From the NCBI GenBank assembly GCA_963675595.2, contig CAXXLZ010000002.1, positions 2,624,001 through 2,688,000 of the forward strand: a DNA stretch of 64,000 nt, written 5' to 3'. The position numbers and the translations under genes are program-made. A model generated the notes under the pieces. That model worked only from the letters and a program-made list of their open reading frames with translations, did not search any database and was not told the DNA's origin. Source of the stretch: Thermodesulfobacteriota bacterium (GTDB lineage Bacteria; Desulfobacterota; Desulfarculia; JACQYL01). Shown one piece after another: positions 62,510 to 64,000 of this stretch. The stretch's first letter is position 1; the number at the start of each line of letters is the position of its first letter.

Positions 62510-62858
62510 ATTAGGAAGCCCGGTGTTCTGAACGCGATCCGGTGTAAGCGAGCCTGCGCCCCCGCAAATACCGGTTTGACCCGTCATTGGGCCCACTCAC
62601 CGCTTACGGTGCATAGACCTGTTTCGGAAGATGCAACAATCACCGGCTTGCAGCCTCACGCTTACCCGACCATTTCCGCCTTTGAGCAAGGGATACGACT
62701 TCCCTTTCGGCGCAGGCTCCCACACACACGGGAGAGCCCATCCACCTGACCCTGCGCCGGATCGACCCGGACGTCCGGCCGGCTCACGGGAAATGCCGAA
62801 AGGGTTCGGGGTAATGCTTCCGACCACCTTGGTCGATGCGACCTTAAACGGGACGCAC
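62510..62858 (-). ncRNA. Probable 3'-truncated group II intron fragment (domain I only)
   Basis: Begins GTGCGT (GUGYG); internal TCTTC and GAAC complementary to the flank at -12..-8 and -4..-1; GNRA-type hairpins; no RT ORF or canonical domain V; 3' end approximate. Confidence 0.55.
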
Positions 62859-62873
62859 GAACGAGTCTTCTAA

Positions 62874-64000
62874 CAGGAGTTTCAGAGTTGGCGAAGAAGA
62901 CAGTACTCAATTAGCTGAAATCAAGACATAAATCAGCTTTGAAGTTGTAGAACCGAACCGTCGTTTATTGTGTATCCAAGGGCGTTCAGCACCTTGGTTT
63001 GGATGTCGTTGGGCTCCTCGATTTGGACGGACGGTTGTGTGGCGCCCTTCTGCCAGCTCAAGATGGAGTTGAGACTTGCCATTTCTTCGATGAGCGTTTT
63101 TGCGGTTTCGGACCCACCGACCTTGAGTTCGAGGAGTCTCAGACATGAGAGGGCGATGATACACGTCAAAAGATGACAGCGGATTTTGCTGTCGGTCCAA
63201 TGAAACATCGGGTTGATCCTGACGTGGCATGGAGCCTTGCTCACCCGAAACTGCTGCTCGATGCGGTATCTGTCAAGGGAAGCCTGGACGATGGCCTCGG
63301 TATCCCAATCATGATGGTCGGTGACGATGAGATTCTTCCCCATGACGGCCTTCGCCGCCTCGATCTCCGCATAGTCCCTTCGGAAGCTCATGATCTCTTC
63401 CGTGAAAGCCAAGCGATAGAATTTGTGACTGATATGAAGCTGTTCACAGACCTTGTGATAACGGGTGGTGATGGCTTTAGGGTTTCGCCATTGAGGTTCC
63501 CGGTCGCGGAACTTTTGCCGGAATTGGACGAGTTCCGTTTTCAGTTGATCCAGTTTCCGGCTCATATCGTGAAGTTTTTTGCGTTTGGTAACCGGGTTGA
63601 AGGTGACCACCACGGTGCGCTCCCGACCCCATAGGGTCAGCTTGGTCCGGTAGGCGGTGAGTCTGTCCTCGGGGCGTTCTTCGGCTTCGAGCCGATGGTT
63701 TTTGGGGATATCGAGAACCAGGAAGTGCTCGGGATTCAGGGCGGCCAGATGGTCGGCGAAATAGGTGGAATAGGTCGTAATGAAATAGATTCGGCTTTGG
63801 GCATCGATGCGGGCCATGTTTTCTTTTGAATTCATGCCCTTGTCAAAGACGACGGTAAGGGTTTTGTTTCCGTCCGCAAAGCCGAGGATCACGCCGAACA
63901 GCTCGTCGAGAATCCGCTCGAACAGCTTGGAATCATGGAGGTTGCCGGGATAGACCTTGTAATGGATCGGCAATGAGGTAGTGCGATCCGTCAATAATCC
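62874..64000 (-). mobile_element. Second, divergent IS1634-family element, truncated by the window edge
   Basis: Terminal IR CAGGAGTTTCAGAG at 62874 (13/14 to the first element). Confidence 0.88.
62933..64000 (-). CDS. IS1634-family transposase, C-terminal part
   Basis: GNLHDSK, VFDKGMNS, ITTYSTYFA, IEQQFR..K, HWTDSKIRCH. Confidence 0.9.
   Translation of the reverse strand, partial: GLLTDRTTSLPIHYKVYPGNLHDSKLFERILDELFGVILGFADGNKTLTVVFDKGMNSKENMARIDAQSRIYFITTYSTYFADHLAALNPEHFLVLDIPKNHRLEAEERPEDRLTAYRTKLTLWGRERTVVVTFNPVTKRKKLHDMSRKLDQLKTELVQFRQKFRDREPQWRNPKAITTRYHKVCEQLHISHKFYRLAFTEEIMSFRRDYAEIEAAKAVMGKNLIVTDHHDWDTEAIVQASLDRYRIEQQFRVSKAPCHVRINPMFHWTDSKIRCHLLTCIIALSCLRLLELKVGGSETAKTLIEEMASLNSILSWQKGATQPSVQIEEPNDIQTKVLNALGYTINDGSVLQLQS

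Overview
GC-rich bacterial chromosome segment, most likely from an anaerobic Desulfobacterota (deltaproteobacterial) sulfate reducer; the taxonomy is inferred from gene content. Left part (1-33.8 kb) is mostly housekeeping and anaerobe genes: cooC, clpB, ddl, core methionine synthase, amidase, YkgJ pair, ppiD, dnaJ-like, ppx, guaBA, dnaE, mutS. The centre (35.9-46.1 kb) is a dissimilatory sulfur cluster, sat divergent from aprBA-qmoAB-hdrCB, with no qmoC. It is followed by crotonase/acyl-CoA dehydrogenase genes, tRNA-Leu(CAA) and an accessory region (hybrid kinase, octaheme HAO-like cytochrome, IS-split diguanylate cyclase, zinc-ribbon protein, probable group II intron remnant). Five insertion sequences are present. 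Best finding: a complete IS110 (IS621-like) element at 6241-7577 whose non-coding left end reads as a bridge RNA. All four guide segments match the reconstructed target (GGACCCC-CT-TCCGA) and donor (ACAGTTG-CT-TGTAT), and a TTGACA-N17-TATATT promoter forms only on circularisation. Second: the sulfur cluster looks mosaic, with a sulfur-oxidiser-like Sat beside short-type AprAB and a soluble QmoAB-HdrBC. All family calls are by eye; no searches were run.
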